Below are positions 11,513 through 21,847 of a stretch of DNA of 64,000 nt, piece after piece. The stretch is from an uncultured Pseudomonadales bacterium (GTDB lineage Bacteria > Pseudomonadota > Gammaproteobacteria > Pseudomonadales > Porticoccaceae), in the NCBI GenBank assembly GCA_943846685.1, contig OX044363.1, positions 1,765,386 through 1,829,385 on the forward strand, read 5' to 3'. The notes beneath the pieces were generated by a model. It was not told the origin of the DNA, made no database searches, and worked only from the letters and a program-made list of their open reading frames with translations. A program made the position numbers and the translations under genes. The first letter of the stretch is position 1; each line of letters begins with the position of its first letter.

Positions 11513-12723
11513 TTAATAATACTCTTGTAGTTGTCCATAATGTTTTTGTAGAAAATATCGTCAGTAAAATTGTTTTCAACATAGGTCCGAGCCAACTCGC
11601 CCATCTCAGCGCACTTGCTGTCATTCGACCAAAGTTCGTTCATTGCATGAACCAAACTTGCAGCATTATTCGGGTCAAAGACAATTCCTTTATCATCCCC
11701 TATCAACTCGGGTATGCCACCGCGATCAGAGCCAATAACCGGCTTACCACAGGCAAAAGACTGGAAAATCACATAAGGAAAGTTTTCATGCCAAAGGGAT
11801 GGAATAATAACGAACTTGGCATTGAGCAAAATCGCCTTGAGCTCTTCACCCCATTTAGCGCCAACAAACTCAATATTGTTTATACCTTCATTGCTGCAGC
11901 GACTGCGCAGCAGCTCTAGATCTGGCCCATCACCAACAATCTTGATAACAACATCAGACTGTTTTGCAGCATCTAATATTCGATCAACACCCTTTTCCGA
12001 GATAATTCGACCGAAATATAACGCGTAATCACCAGAGTATTTGGGCTGATAGTCTCCAGAGTCAAAGGGGTTCTGCAAAACGCCATAATTAACATCTTTA
12101 TCCGCCCAAAACTCCTTGGTCTTATTCAACATAAACTGGCTTGCGAAAAGATATTTGTCGACACAGGTCTCGTAAATACCCTTATATTTGTGCACATATG
12201 ACTCGACCATAGAAGCCGTTGAGAAAATAAGAGAGTCCTTGCAGCACTTTTTTAAAGCCGCATTATAGAAGCGCTCACCTTTACAGGCCTCACACAGCTT
12301 ATCGCCATCGAATAATTTGTAATTTGGACAGATATGCTTGTAATCATTACATGACATTATGACTGGAACATTTCGCTCTTTAGCCGCCTCAAGCACGGAA
12401 GGCGTTAAATGAACATGAACAGCAAATGCATGAACCACATCTGGCTTAAACTCATCTATAGCTTCAAGCATTTTTCGCTTTTTACTTCCTGAAAAGAAGA
12501 TATCTATAGAACCGATCAGCTTTTTAAACAAACCATCACTTGCATAGTCCGGGGCAGGAACAGAATAAACTGGATCCCCTGTCGAAGCATTATCATCATC
12601 GTAAGTAGTAAAGAAGGCGACCATATGGCCATTCTCCTTTAAGACTCTAGCAACCTCGAAATAAAACAGTTCTGCGCCACCAGTTAACCTGTGGAACTTA
12701 TGAACCAATAAAATTTTTAACAT
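11509..12723 (-). CDS. GT4 family glycosyltransferase
   Basis: GGAE N-terminal loop, YFGRIISEKG, PSLWHENFPYVIFQSFACGKPVI. Confidence 0.88.
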   Translation of the reverse strand: MLKILLVHKFHRLTGGAELFYFEVARVLKENGHMVAFFTTYDDDNASTGDPVYSVPAPDYASDGLFKKLIGSIDIFFSGSKKRKMLEAIDEFKPDVVHAFAVHVHLTPSVLEAAKERNVPVIMSCNDYKHICPNYKLFDGDKLCEACKGERFYNAALKKCCKDSLIFSTASMVESYVHKYKGIYETCVDKYLFASQFMLNKTKEFWADKDVNYGVLQNPFDSGDYQPKYSGDYALYFGRIISEKGVDRILDAAKQSDVVIKIVGDGPDLELLRSRCSNEGINNIEFVGAKWGEELKAILLNAKFVIIPSLWHENFPYVIFQSFACGKPVIGSDRGGIPELIGDDKGIVFDPNNAASLVHAMNELWSNDSKCAEMGELARTYVENNFTDDIFYKNIMDNYKSIIK

Positions 12724-12760
12724 TCACCTCAATCCTAAACAATTATTTATGTGCAGTAAT

Positions 12761-14002
12761 TTAACGTAACATCATTCTTTTTTTCTTCGGATTTAGCCTG
12801 TTACCTTCCCTGACACTCAAAATAATTAAGAATAGAATCATCACAATCAGTGAATAAAAAACATCCGTAAAGACATTTCTGAAAAAGCTGATATATAAAA
12901 TCACTAGCAATAAAATCAGGATATCTGGACCCTTCAATGATCTTCTACCTATAAAATAAAAGCCTATCCCGGCCATCAAAAATGCTAAGAACCCTCCTAA
13001 AAAGCCATACTCTCCCATAAGCCCGCCTAACCCACTGTCGTAAATCCCAGTGCCATCAATCACCGTAGCCCAGTGGGCAATACCTACAACATTGTAAACA
13101 GGCGAACCTAGCGACATAGAAGAACCAAAGGTTCCACCACCTGCGCCAAAAGGAAAATTATCTAATGCGAGCTGAACACCCGAGCTAAACATCGCAATCC
13201 TGATATATCTGGACTGCCCATCTAAGGTAGATTCTGCAGCACCAAAAGTAGTGCCGATATCACCAAATAAAACAATAAATATGATTAATGGCACTGCCAC
13301 TAGAGGTAGCACAAGGAGGCTTCTGGCAAAGCTATACCTCATAGAACTTAGATAAAAGAAAAGGATAGGGGCAAGTAAAATAAACGATCTGGAATTTGTT
13401 AAAAGCAGCGCTGTTAGACAGATTAGAACATAAAAAAATCTGCGCTCAACAAACCAGAAATACAATGCGAACGCAACTGCCCAGGCACCACAGCGATTAG
13501 CATTAAGACTGAATCCGACCAAGCGGTCTGTTTTTACGCCAAAATTAGTATCTCTTAGCAAGCTGATAAAAAAATCAGTAAATATGATATTGAGAATTAT
13601 GCCAAGAACGTAAATAAAGAAGCCTAGCTTTATAAACGGGCTAACAATCTCTGGATCCAGGTTTCTTGCCAAATACATAACCAAAAAGAGCTTGGAGAAA
13701 AGTATCGTACTGACCAGCGAAACCCATATCCCCCTAGAATAAGCGCCTAATTCGGAGAGTGTAAAGAAAACCAAAACGACTAGACCAAACAAAACAAGGA
13801 CGGTTTTAGCTTTTATCGCCAGAATGTCTTTTAGTATAAATATGCCTGTCAAAACTGCGAAATAAGCATTACTTAACAGGATTATTTGATTGAAGTTTGT
13901 TGCACGTGCGACAAATATTGCGACCATATTCACCGCTAAAAACACCAGAATTAAGACGCCCAATCTTTGATCAGAGCGAAATAAAACAGATTTTAAAATC
14001 AC
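12761..14002 (-). CDS. wzy: Wzy-like polysaccharide polymerase / O-antigen ligase-like membrane protein
   Basis: 413 aa, AT-rich, ~11-12 TM segments, TNSRS motif and a large late periplasmic loop; located among the GTs. Confidence 0.65.
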   Translation of the reverse strand: MILKSVLFRSDQRLGVLILVFLAVNMVAIFVARATNFNQIILLSNAYFAVLTGIFILKDILAIKAKTVLVLFGLVVLVFFTLSELGAYSRGIWVSLVSTILFSKLFLVMYLARNLDPEIVSPFIKLGFFIYVLGIILNIIFTDFFISLLRDTNFGVKTDRLVGFSLNANRCGAWAVAFALYFWFVERRFFYVLICLTALLLTNSRSFILLAPILFFYLSSMRYSFARSLLVLPLVAVPLIIFIVLFGDIGTTFGAAESTLDGQSRYIRIAMFSSGVQLALDNFPFGAGGGTFGSSMSLGSPVYNVVGIAHWATVIDGTGIYDSGLGGLMGEYGFLGGFLAFLMAGIGFYFIGRRSLKGPDILILLLVILYISFFRNVFTDVFYSLIVMILFLIILSVREGNRLNPKKKRMMLR

Positions 14003-14859
14003 GCCTGAGCCTCAGACCAGGATTTTATAATCTCAGCTGTTTTAGCATCTATCTCAGAAGCAGAACCCACTAACTCTTTATATATAAAGCTCCGAAGGAA
14101 AACAGAAAAGGGCTTAAGCTTCTTTTTGATCGCTGGGAACATGATCATTTTTTGCGAAAGCTTACGGCGAACTACATTATAAGTTCGGGACAGCGACTGT
14201 GAGCGAGCAACCTTAGTCCTATTCTCAACACCCAAAGACTGGCGATCAATAGCAACATCTTTCAGCCCCAAAAAGCGAGTAACAGTATCAACACAGCGAT
14301 GCGGATCTTTTTTAAGGACTTCAAAATCAAGAACTAAAAGACGATCCCCATAAGCGGCCTTCCAGCGCTCCAAATATACATCCGTTCGACAATGATCCAG
14401 AGCACGGAATTGAACCGGAGTCTGAGAAGTAACCTTATTCTGATCCTGAAATAAAACATAATCACTCAAAGTCATATCCGATGGAATACGGCCACTCTGC
14501 TTAAAAAACCTAAAAGCGGAAACAACACGCTCAATTGGATCACGTAATATCACCACCGCTCTGGCATTAGGGAGCTTTTCTGAGGCTTCTAATGCGTTTT
14601 GGTTGTACAGATAATCAGGTGTGGCATCCATTAAGACCGAATTATCCGGCTTCTCAAAAAAACGCATATATTCATCTAAATTTGAGCCGTCATATACAAA
14701 CGGACGCTCCAATGGATACGAGTGATCTAAAAAGAAACGCGCTTCCTTAAGGCTTGAACCACAGATGTCCGGATGCTTAAGCAACCACTTAAAAAGCGAT
14801 GACGTACCCGCTTTAGGTTGCCCAACTATGAATAGATAATTTTTATTTGAAAGGTTCAT
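13999..14859 (-). CDS. PAPS-dependent sulfotransferase 3 (heparan-sulfate/NDST-like fold type)
   Basis: IVGQPKAGTSSL, LKEARFF, DATPDY, LRDPIERVVSAF motifs. Confidence 0.88.
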   Translation of the reverse strand: MNLSNKNYLFIVGQPKAGTSSLFKWLLKHPDICGSSLKEARFFLDHSYPLERPFVYDGSNLDEYMRFFEKPDNSVLMDATPDYLYNQNALEASEKLPNARAVVILRDPIERVVSAFRFFKQSGRIPSDMTLSDYVLFQDQNKVTSQTPVQFRALDHCRTDVYLERWKAAYGDRLLVLDFEVLKKDPHRCVDTVTRFLGLKDVAIDRQSLGVENRTKVARSQSLSRTYNVVRRKLSQKMIMFPAIKKKLKPFSVFLRSFIYKELVGSASEIDAKTAEIIKSWSEAQA

Positions 14860-15132
14860 TTAACATCAAGGCAACCGAATTAAACTCTCGAGTAGACTCA
14901 GTCATTTTTTGCCTTTCAGATAATTTTAAATTTAGAGATATATTGAAAGACAACAGTCAAAACAGTCGGGAAAGCCCCATATGTTCAGCGGTCAAACAAT
15001 GAATCAATTAACCTCAACAGCAAGGTTAACCTAAAATAAGCAATCTCTATGCCAACAAAGACAGCGCTTAAGACAGGCAATTCAACGGGAAAATAATAAG
15101 ATTTAGAAATGACAAATTTATTGCAGGCAGGC

Positions 15133-16305
15133 CTAAATAGCAGCGGAATGCTGAATCGATCGACGACCAAGACCTGTTAGATAAAACACAAAACCGTACA
15201 TAAGACATTCTAGAGCAAAGAAATAACCCCACTCATTGCTGGAACAGCTCCACCACTGGTTAAGGTAGCCAATCAGAACAAGACCTGAAGTCGAGCCTGA
15301 AATCAATAGTCCGGTGAGGGAATTAGAAGCAACCTGAGAACGGACTCTGGAACGCAAGAAGAAATGAATTCTATTGTGAAGGTGTTCATTATCTGGTGAA
15401 AATGGCGAACGGCCCACCAGCATTCTTCTTAATATGCTAACAAGGAAATCAACACAGGGGTAAGCAAATAATGCAGCCAGGAAGCCCAAAGAGAACACCC
15501 CAGCATTAAAGAACACCAGACCATAGATAGCCAAAGCTGCACCTAACCCATAGGTACCCGCATCACCCAGGAACAGACGACCAGTAACAACATTGAAAAA
15601 CAGGAATACCCCGCAGGCCGCCATAAAGCCCTCATCAACCACACTACCCGTCTGTATAGAGAACAGAAGGATAGAGAAGAATGCGATCCCAGAAATAAGA
15701 CCATTAGCCCCATCAGCCATATTTACGGCATTGATAAAGCCAACCAGAAATATAATTACAACAACCGCGCCGACAATGGGCAATGAGAGAACATAGTCAA
15801 GCCCGGCAAACCCTATGGATTCCGGAACCAGATCAGGCCAGACAAAGATAATGCCAGCGAAAAGGGCAAATTTTAGAGCGAGACGAATAGTCGGAGAGAG
15901 AAAATCAGCCTTTAAATCCTCTGCAAGCCCCATAGCCGCACAGCACATAATAGCGAAGATACCAAACCTGTGATTGCCATAAGTTTCAAGGTCATTGAGA
16001 AAAGAGGTACTGTTTTCAAAGTAGTTAGCCGCAAAAAACACCAGCACAGACACCATCACCGCCAAACCACCCAGCCGAGAAGATGTGCGAGCGCTAATCC
16101 CGTGCTTACTGGCCGAGTCTGTTCCCGACTGCTGAAGCGAAAACCATTGAAGAAGAAGGGCAACAATCGAACCCAACACACCAAAGCAAATGCCAGCAAT
16201 AACCACTACTATTGAAAGATGTACAAAGTCCTTTTTGGATAGAAGTAAATTAGAGATAAAAACCACCCAAATACATTTTAAGAAACAGAACCGCAGACCG
16301 CTCAA
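15133..16305 (-). CDS. second MraY/WecA-family polyprenyl-phosphate HexNAc-1-P transferase
   Basis: SRLGG, GLAEDL, NAVNMADGANGL, LFLGDAGTY, PDNEHLH motifs; start uncertain. Confidence 0.85.
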   Translation of the reverse strand: MSGLRFCFLKCIWVVFISNLLLSKKDFVHLSIVVVIAGICFGVLGSIVALLLQWFSLQQSGTDSASKHGISARTSSRLGGLAVMVSVLVFFAANYFENSTSFLNDLETYGNHRFGIFAIMCCAAMGLAEDLKADFLSPTIRLALKFALFAGIIFVWPDLVPESIGFAGLDYVLSLPIVGAVVVIIFLVGFINAVNMADGANGLISGIAFFSILLFSIQTGSVVDEGFMAACGVFLFFNVVTGRLFLGDAGTYGLGAALAIYGLVFFNAGVFSLGFLAALFAYPCVDFLVSILRRMLVGRSPFSPDNEHLHNRIHFFLRSRVRSQVASNSLTGLLISGSTSGLVLIGYLNQWWSCSSNEWGYFFALECLMYGFVFYLTGLGRRSIQHSAAI

Positions 16306-16570
16306 AGCTTTTCGCTAAGAAATAGGTTGAGCGCAATAAGCCGCGCACAATACTTGAGCCACAAGCTCAAATCAACCAGTTTCATAGCTTGAACGAAAAT
16401 AGCTCGATCGCAAAATATACTGTTATATCAGTTAGATAGCAAACAAGAGCAAAATTCAGGGGCCACTCAAGTGAATAGATTTAAAGCTCAAACTCTTATA
16501 ATTCAGGGGGTTAAAACAGGTCTGCAATCAATGATAATTCACAGGTGAATAGAGCGAAATAAAGACAAAT

Positions 16571-16600
16571 AAAAAAGCCCGGCTGTTTAGCCGAGCTTTT
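16571..16600 (-). terminator. intrinsic terminator downstream of the gmd-fusion ORF
   Basis: Minus strand AAAAGCTCGGC-TAAACA-GCCGGGCTTTTTT. Confidence 0.75.
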
Positions 16601-16742
16601 GGGTAAAAACTGGTGGGGTAATAACTGAAATGACCTGAAATACAGAATCGACACTAACAAACCACTGACAAATACTATTTTTTACACCTCTTGTACCTTT
16701 TTTAAACAGCAAGTATCCACCCTGCCGCTATTCCATTAACTA

Positions 16743-17660
<918 letters not shown>

Positions 17661-17697
17661 TTAATCCGTTTTCAAACTTCCATTTTTAACTACAGTT

Positions 17698-18027
17698 TTA
17701 TTGCTTTTGCACTTCACCCTTCAAAGACCGAATCTCCTTCTGCAGCCGCTTATACTCATCCTGCTTATACTTCAAAAACCGCTTGGCCAGTCTCGCCTTC
17801 TCGCGCAGGCCTTTACCGGTCAAGACGTACATAGAGCCGATCTTGTTATCTGATTTTTGGAAGTGTTCGATTTTTAGACAGCCAACATCGACCAGGGCTT
17901 TAACCACATAATGGCCTTTGCCGAGGCTGACACCGAGGTTTTCGGCGATCTGGCGCTGGGTTAGTTCGGGTTGTTTTTGAAGAAGCTTGAGGGTGCGGTA
18001 ATAGTATTCCTGGGTGTCCATAAGCAT
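17698..18027 (-). CDS. EPS-associated MarR-family transcriptional regulator
   Basis: PELTQRQIAENLGVSLGKGHY.VKALVDVG, Y.LT.KG, AKRFL..K..EY..L pattern. AGGAGG RBS 7 nt upstream of the ATG at 18027. Confidence 0.85.
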   Translation of the reverse strand: MLMDTQEYYYRTLKLLQKQPELTQRQIAENLGVSLGKGHYVVKALVDVGCLKIEHFQKSDNKIGSMYVLTGKGLREKARLAKRFLKYKQDEYKRLQKEIRSLKGEVQKQ

Positions 18028-18042
18028 AACTTTTCCTCCTGA

Positions 18043-18054
18043 CAGGCTACCGCA
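18043..18054 (-). promoter_or_regulatory. ops-like (RfaH loading) element
   Basis: TGCGGTAGCCTG vs consensus GGCGGTAGnnTG, immediately upstream of the AGGAGG RBS; rfaH is encoded in the same region. Confidence 0.55.
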
Positions 18055-18209
18055 GGAGCCGGTCATGAGCTCCTGCTTTTATATGACTTGGGTCTGTGTT
18101 TTGACCCGATCGTACAGTCCGTGAACGATGTTTTAAAAGTAGACCAAACTGGTGCAGTTGCCAGTTTATTTGCCGATTTAATTAACTGTTGTTATGCCGT
18201 TGTTATAGA

Positions 18210-19169
18210 TCAGTATTCATTGGGGGTTTTATTGCTTTTTGGCTGCCGGCCATAGTGCATCACTAATACTGCAAGTATTGATAGCATGGCGCCCAAGAGT
18301 ACGGCTAATACACAGATAAGTGCTCTTTTCGGGGTCGACTTTTCCTCTGGCACCATGGCTGGGTTTACGGTAACAAAGGCATATTCTGGGCTGGCTTCGG
18401 CGAGCATTTTGTTTTTTATCTGTTCTTCAATCACTTGATAAAACACTTCTTTCATGCCGGCGATGGCGGTTTTCTCTATCTGCGCTTCTAAATATTCAAT
18501 ATTGCTGTTGGTCTGTCCCAGTTTTCTGGTGCGCATATAGTCGTTAATGGTAGTGATATAGAGGTCTACCCATTGTTTGGCGAGTATTGGGGAATAATGT
18601 TCGATGGATATAGAGATCATGCCTGATGTTTTGTCGGTGGTGACGACTAGGCGCTCGGAAAACTCTTTATACAGTTCCCAGCTGGTGGGGTCGATGGTTT
18701 TACCTGCTGGTGGATTTCTTACCCAGTGTTTTTGCTGGCTGTCGTAGAGGCTGCTGTCATAGCTGAGTTGGTTGATTTCTCTGTCCCACCCGTCGGCGGC
18801 AAAGATTTCTGCAGCGAGGTTGTTGGTTTTTATAAATTGCTCAATAAAGCTCCAAGATTGCATTATTTCCATGGCTGCTTGGGCTTCTCCTCCCTCGTCT
18901 GAAGGGGCTTTGATTCCGGCTAGGGAGGCGAGCCCACCAAGCTGTGAGCTCATGGCGCCTAGCATGGAGGTGCTGCCACTTTGGGCTGGGGAGACTACGG
19001 CTGTGGCTTGGTATTGATTGGGGATTAGCAGTACGACAATCACTGCTATTACGGCGAATAGGCTGGTGACGGTGAGGATGTTTTTTTTGCCTGACCAGAG
19101 TACGGATGCGAGTTCTCGTAGGTCTATTTCATCGTCGGCTGGTTGGTTTAGGTGCATTTCATTTTGCAT
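18210..19169 (-). CDS. wzz: Wzz/FepE chain-length determinant (copy 1)
   Basis: DEIDLREL..LW, two terminal TM helices, PEEKSTPKRALI. ATG at 19169 has an AAGGA RBS; the ORF-track extension to 19247 is repeat-derived. Confidence 0.9.
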   Translation of the reverse strand: MQNEMHLNQPADDEIDLRELASVLWSGKKNILTVTSLFAVIAVIVVLLIPNQYQATAVVSPAQSGSTSMLGAMSSQLGGLASLAGIKAPSDEGGEAQAAMEIMQSWSFIEQFIKTNNLAAEIFAADGWDREINQLSYDSSLYDSQQKHWVRNPPAGKTIDPTSWELYKEFSERLVVTTDKTSGMISISIEHYSPILAKQWVDLYITTINDYMRTRKLGQTNSNIEYLEAQIEKTAIAGMKEVFYQVIEEQIKNKMLAEASPEYAFVTVNPAMVPEEKSTPKRALICVLAVLLGAMLSILAVLVMHYGRQPKSNKTPNEY

Positions 19170-19200
19170 GGTTGTATTCCTTTGTTCTTGATCCTTGGTA

Positions 19201-19380
19201 TAGACCCCAGCCTTCGCTGGGGTGACGTTCCGTTGTTGGGGTGACAACTCTCATGTTATTTCGACTAGCGGGAGAAATCTTATGGAGGTCCCTCGTCGCT
19301 TCGCTCTGTCGGGATGACAGTGTTAATAGAGTGCTCTGTCGGGATGACAGTATTGACAGGGTGCTCTGCTGGGATGACAG
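19201..19380. repeat. cluster of REP-like palindromes and a 30-bp tandem repeat
   Basis: Hairpin ACCCCAGC-CTTC-GCTGGGGT (19204-19223); GTTATTTCGACTAGCGGGAGAAATCT (19255-19280); 36-bp element 19285-19320; GCTCTG(TC/CT)GGGATGACAG x3 with a 30-bp period. Confidence 0.85.
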
Positions 19381-20392
19381 TGGGTTGTAAGCATTGTGCT
19401 TCCAGTGTTTTGGCTATGCCTGTCTCGAAGGTTTCCTGTGGTTTCCAGCCTATCTCTCTGGCTATTTTTTCTGCGTTTATGGCGTATCTCCAGTCGTGGC
19501 CGGGTCGGTCGGCGACGAAGCTAATCAGTTTTCGGTGGGGGGCGGCAGCTGGGTTTTGTTGGTCCATCAGGTCGCAGATGGTGCGGCAGATATCGATATT
19601 GGCCCATTCGTTGATACCGCCAATATTGTAGGTTTCACCGAGTGTGCCCTTGCGCACTACGGCATCAATGCCGGAGCAGTGATCTTCGACATACAGCCAG
19701 TCGCGAATATTGCTGCCGTCGCCATAGATGGGTATCTGCTGTTGCTGTTGGCAGGCTCTTATGACGGTGGGGATAAACTTTTCGGCGTGCTGACAGGGGC
19801 CGTAGTTATTCGAGCAGTTGCTGGTGGTGACGGGTAAGCCATAGGTGTGGTGCCAGGCTCTTACCAGATGGTCTGAGCTGGCTTTTGAGGCGGAGTATGG
19901 CGAGTTGGGTGCGTAGGCGGTGGTTTCTGTAAATGCCGGGTCTGTGAGCTTTAGGGTGCCAAAGACTTCATCGGTGGAGATATGGTGAAAACGGCATTGC
20001 TTGTTATCGAGACCGTTGGTTTGTTGCCAGTAGCTTCTTGCTGCTTCGAGTAGTGCAAAGGTGCCGATTACATTGGTTTGTATAAATTCACTGGGGCCGC
20101 TGATGGATCGGTCGACATGGCTTTCAGCGGCGAAGTGCACGAGGGTATCTATTTGATGTTGCTCGAGCAGTTTGGCGATTAATGTTTGGTTGCAGATATC
20201 GCCTTGCACAAAATGGTGGCGGGTTTTATCTGCCAGTCCGTCTAAGTTGTCCATTGAGCCGGCGTAAGTAAGCTTGTCGAGATTAACAATGTTTACGTCG
20301 GGGTATTTGCCGAGCATATAGCGGACGTAGTTGCTGCCTATAAAGCCTGCGCCGCCGGTGACGAGGATATTGCGTGGTTGATACTCAGTCAT
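19280..20392 (-). CDS. rmlB: dTDP-glucose 4,6-dehydratase (copy 2) with repeat-derived C-terminus
   Basis: [36 protein letters not shown]. Ends VIPAEH..VIPTEH..VIPTERSDEGPP, encoded by the repeats. Confidence 0.93.
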   Translation of the reverse strand: MTEYQPRNILVTGGAGFIGSNYVRYMLGKYPDVNIVNLDKLTYAGSMDNLDGLADKTRHHFVQGDICNQTLIAKLLEQHQIDTLVHFAAESHVDRSISGPSEFIQTNVIGTFALLEAARSYWQQTNGLDNKQCRFHHISTDEVFGTLKLTDPAFTETTAYAPNSPYSASKASSDHLVRAWHHTYGLPVTTSNCSNNYGPCQHAEKFIPTVIRACQQQQQIPIYGDGSNIRDWLYVEDHCSGIDAVVRKGTLGETYNIGGINEWANIDICRTICDLMDQQNPAAAPHRKLISFVADRPGHDWRYAINAEKIAREIGWKPQETFETGIAKTLEAQCLQPTVIPAEHPVNTVIPTEHSINTVIPTERSDEGPP

Positions 20393-21278
20393 GGTCTTGC
20401 AGGGCTCCTATGGTTTCATTGAGGCTGTCTTGCCATGGCTTGATAGTTAGGCCAAAGGTGTTTTCCAGTTTGCTGGTGTCAAGCTCTGAGTTGGCGGGCC
20501 GTTGGGCATGGGTGGGATATTCGCTGCTGGGTATTGGCTGCAGGTCGCTGACTAGCAGATGATTGCTCCAGTAGTTTTTATCGAGACTGCGGGCCTGCGC
20601 AAAGATTGCCTGTGCAAAGCTGTACCAGCTGAGTGCTTGGGGCTGGGCGAGGTTGTAGATGCCCCAGTGGTTTTCGATTTTTGGCAGTATCTGCAGTATC
20701 AGGCGGACAATTTCCCTGGCGGAGGTTGGCTTGCCTATCTGGTCGTCGACAACGTTCATTTTTTCGCGCATGGAGCCAACATGCAGCATGGTTTTGACAA
20801 AGTTGTGGCCGTACTCAGAGAATACCCAGCTGGTGCGAAAGATCAGGTGTTTGCTGTGTATCTGGGTAATGGCTTTTTCTCCGGCGAGTTTACTGGCGCC
20901 GTATATTCCCAGTGGGGCTGTTGGGTCATCTTCGAGCCAGGGGCCCTGTTTACTGCCGTCAAAGACATAGTCGGTGGAGAAGTGGACTAGGGGGATATCC
21001 AGTCGTTTGCAGACTTCGGCGAGGTTGGCTGGGCCGGTTTCATTGACCAGATAGGCGTTTTCTTTTTCAGATTCAGCGAGGTCTACCTGTGTGTAGGCGC
21101 TGGTGTTGATGACAAAGTCTGGGCGCTCGCGGGCTATCACTGTTTGGGCTTCGTCGACACAGGTGACGTCTAGGTCGCCGCGGCTATAGGCTGAGAATTG
21201 AATGTCTCTGTTGGCTTTTAGTTCGCTGACAAAGGCTTTGCCGAGTTGGCCGGCGGCTCCGGTGATCAGTAGCTTCAT
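20385..21278 (-). CDS. rmlD: dTDP-4-dehydrorhamnose reductase (copy 2)
   Basis: GAAGQLG, AYTQVDLAE, STDYVFDG, YGASK. Confidence 0.95.
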   Translation of the reverse strand: MKLLITGAAGQLGKAFVSELKANRDIQFSAYSRGDLDVTCVDEAQTVIARERPDFVINTSAYTQVDLAESEKENAYLVNETGPANLAEVCKRLDIPLVHFSTDYVFDGSKQGPWLEDDPTAPLGIYGASKLAGEKAITQIHSKHLIFRTSWVFSEYGHNFVKTMLHVGSMREKMNVVDDQIGKPTSAREIVRLILQILPKIENHWGIYNLAQPQALSWYSFAQAIFAQARSLDKNYWSNHLLVSDLQPIPSSEYPTHAQRPANSELDTSKLENTFGLTIKPWQDSLNETIGALQDHD

Positions 21279-21847
21279 AACTTTGACCCCGGATATAAGT
21301 CTTTAACTTGCTCTTTAAACAGTTCTGCAAAGCTCTGCCCTGCTCTATCTTTATCGGAAAGTATCGGGTTGGTTATCGGCCAGTCGATATTTAATTGCGG
21401 GTCATTCCACAGCAAGCAGCCTTCGTCGCTGGGGTCGTAGTATTCGGTGCATTTGTATTCAAAGTCGGCGCTGTCGGAGGTGACCACAAAGCCATGGGCG
21501 GTGCCCGGGGGCAACCAGAATTGACGGTGATTTTCTTCGGATAGCCAGACGCCGTGCCATTTCCCAAAGCTGGGTGAGTCTTTGCGCAGGTCGACGACTA
21601 CATCAAATACTTCGCCGCGCACAACTCTGACTAATTTGCCCTGGGGTTTGGTTTTCTGAAAGTGCAGCCCACGCAGTACGCCTCTGGATGAGCGCGAGTG
21701 GTTGTCTTGAACAAATGGTAGGTCGTTATGAATTTGTTTCTGGTAGCGCTGGGCTTGATAGGTTTCAAGAAAGAAGCCTCTCGCGTCGCCATAGACTTTG
21801 GGTTCAATTACTACGGCGCCTTGTACGGCGGTTTCAATTATATTCAT
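21275..21847 (-). CDS. rmlC: dTDP-4-dehydrorhamnose 3,5-epimerase (copy 2)
   Basis: [33 protein letters not shown]. Confidence 0.96.
   Translation of the reverse strand: MNIIETAVQGAVVIEPKVYGDARGFFLETYQAQRYQKQIHNDLPFVQDNHSRSSRGVLRGLHFQKTKPQGKLVRVVRGEVFDVVVDLRKDSPSFGKWHGVWLSEENHRQFWLPPGTAHGFVVTSDSADFEYKCTEYYDPSDEGCLLWNDPQLNIDWPITNPILSDKDRAGQSFAELFKEQVKDLYPGSKL

Noticed and set aside
19170-19247. N-terminal extension of Wzz (MSPQQRNVTPAKAGVY..)
   Set aside because: It is an in-frame translation of a REP-like hairpin; the ATG at 19169 has a proper RBS.
19303-19380. mini-CRISPR (18-bp repeat with 12-bp spacers); likewise 22871-22970
   Set aside because: Spacers are too short and similar to each other, consistent with tandem duplication of a REP end.
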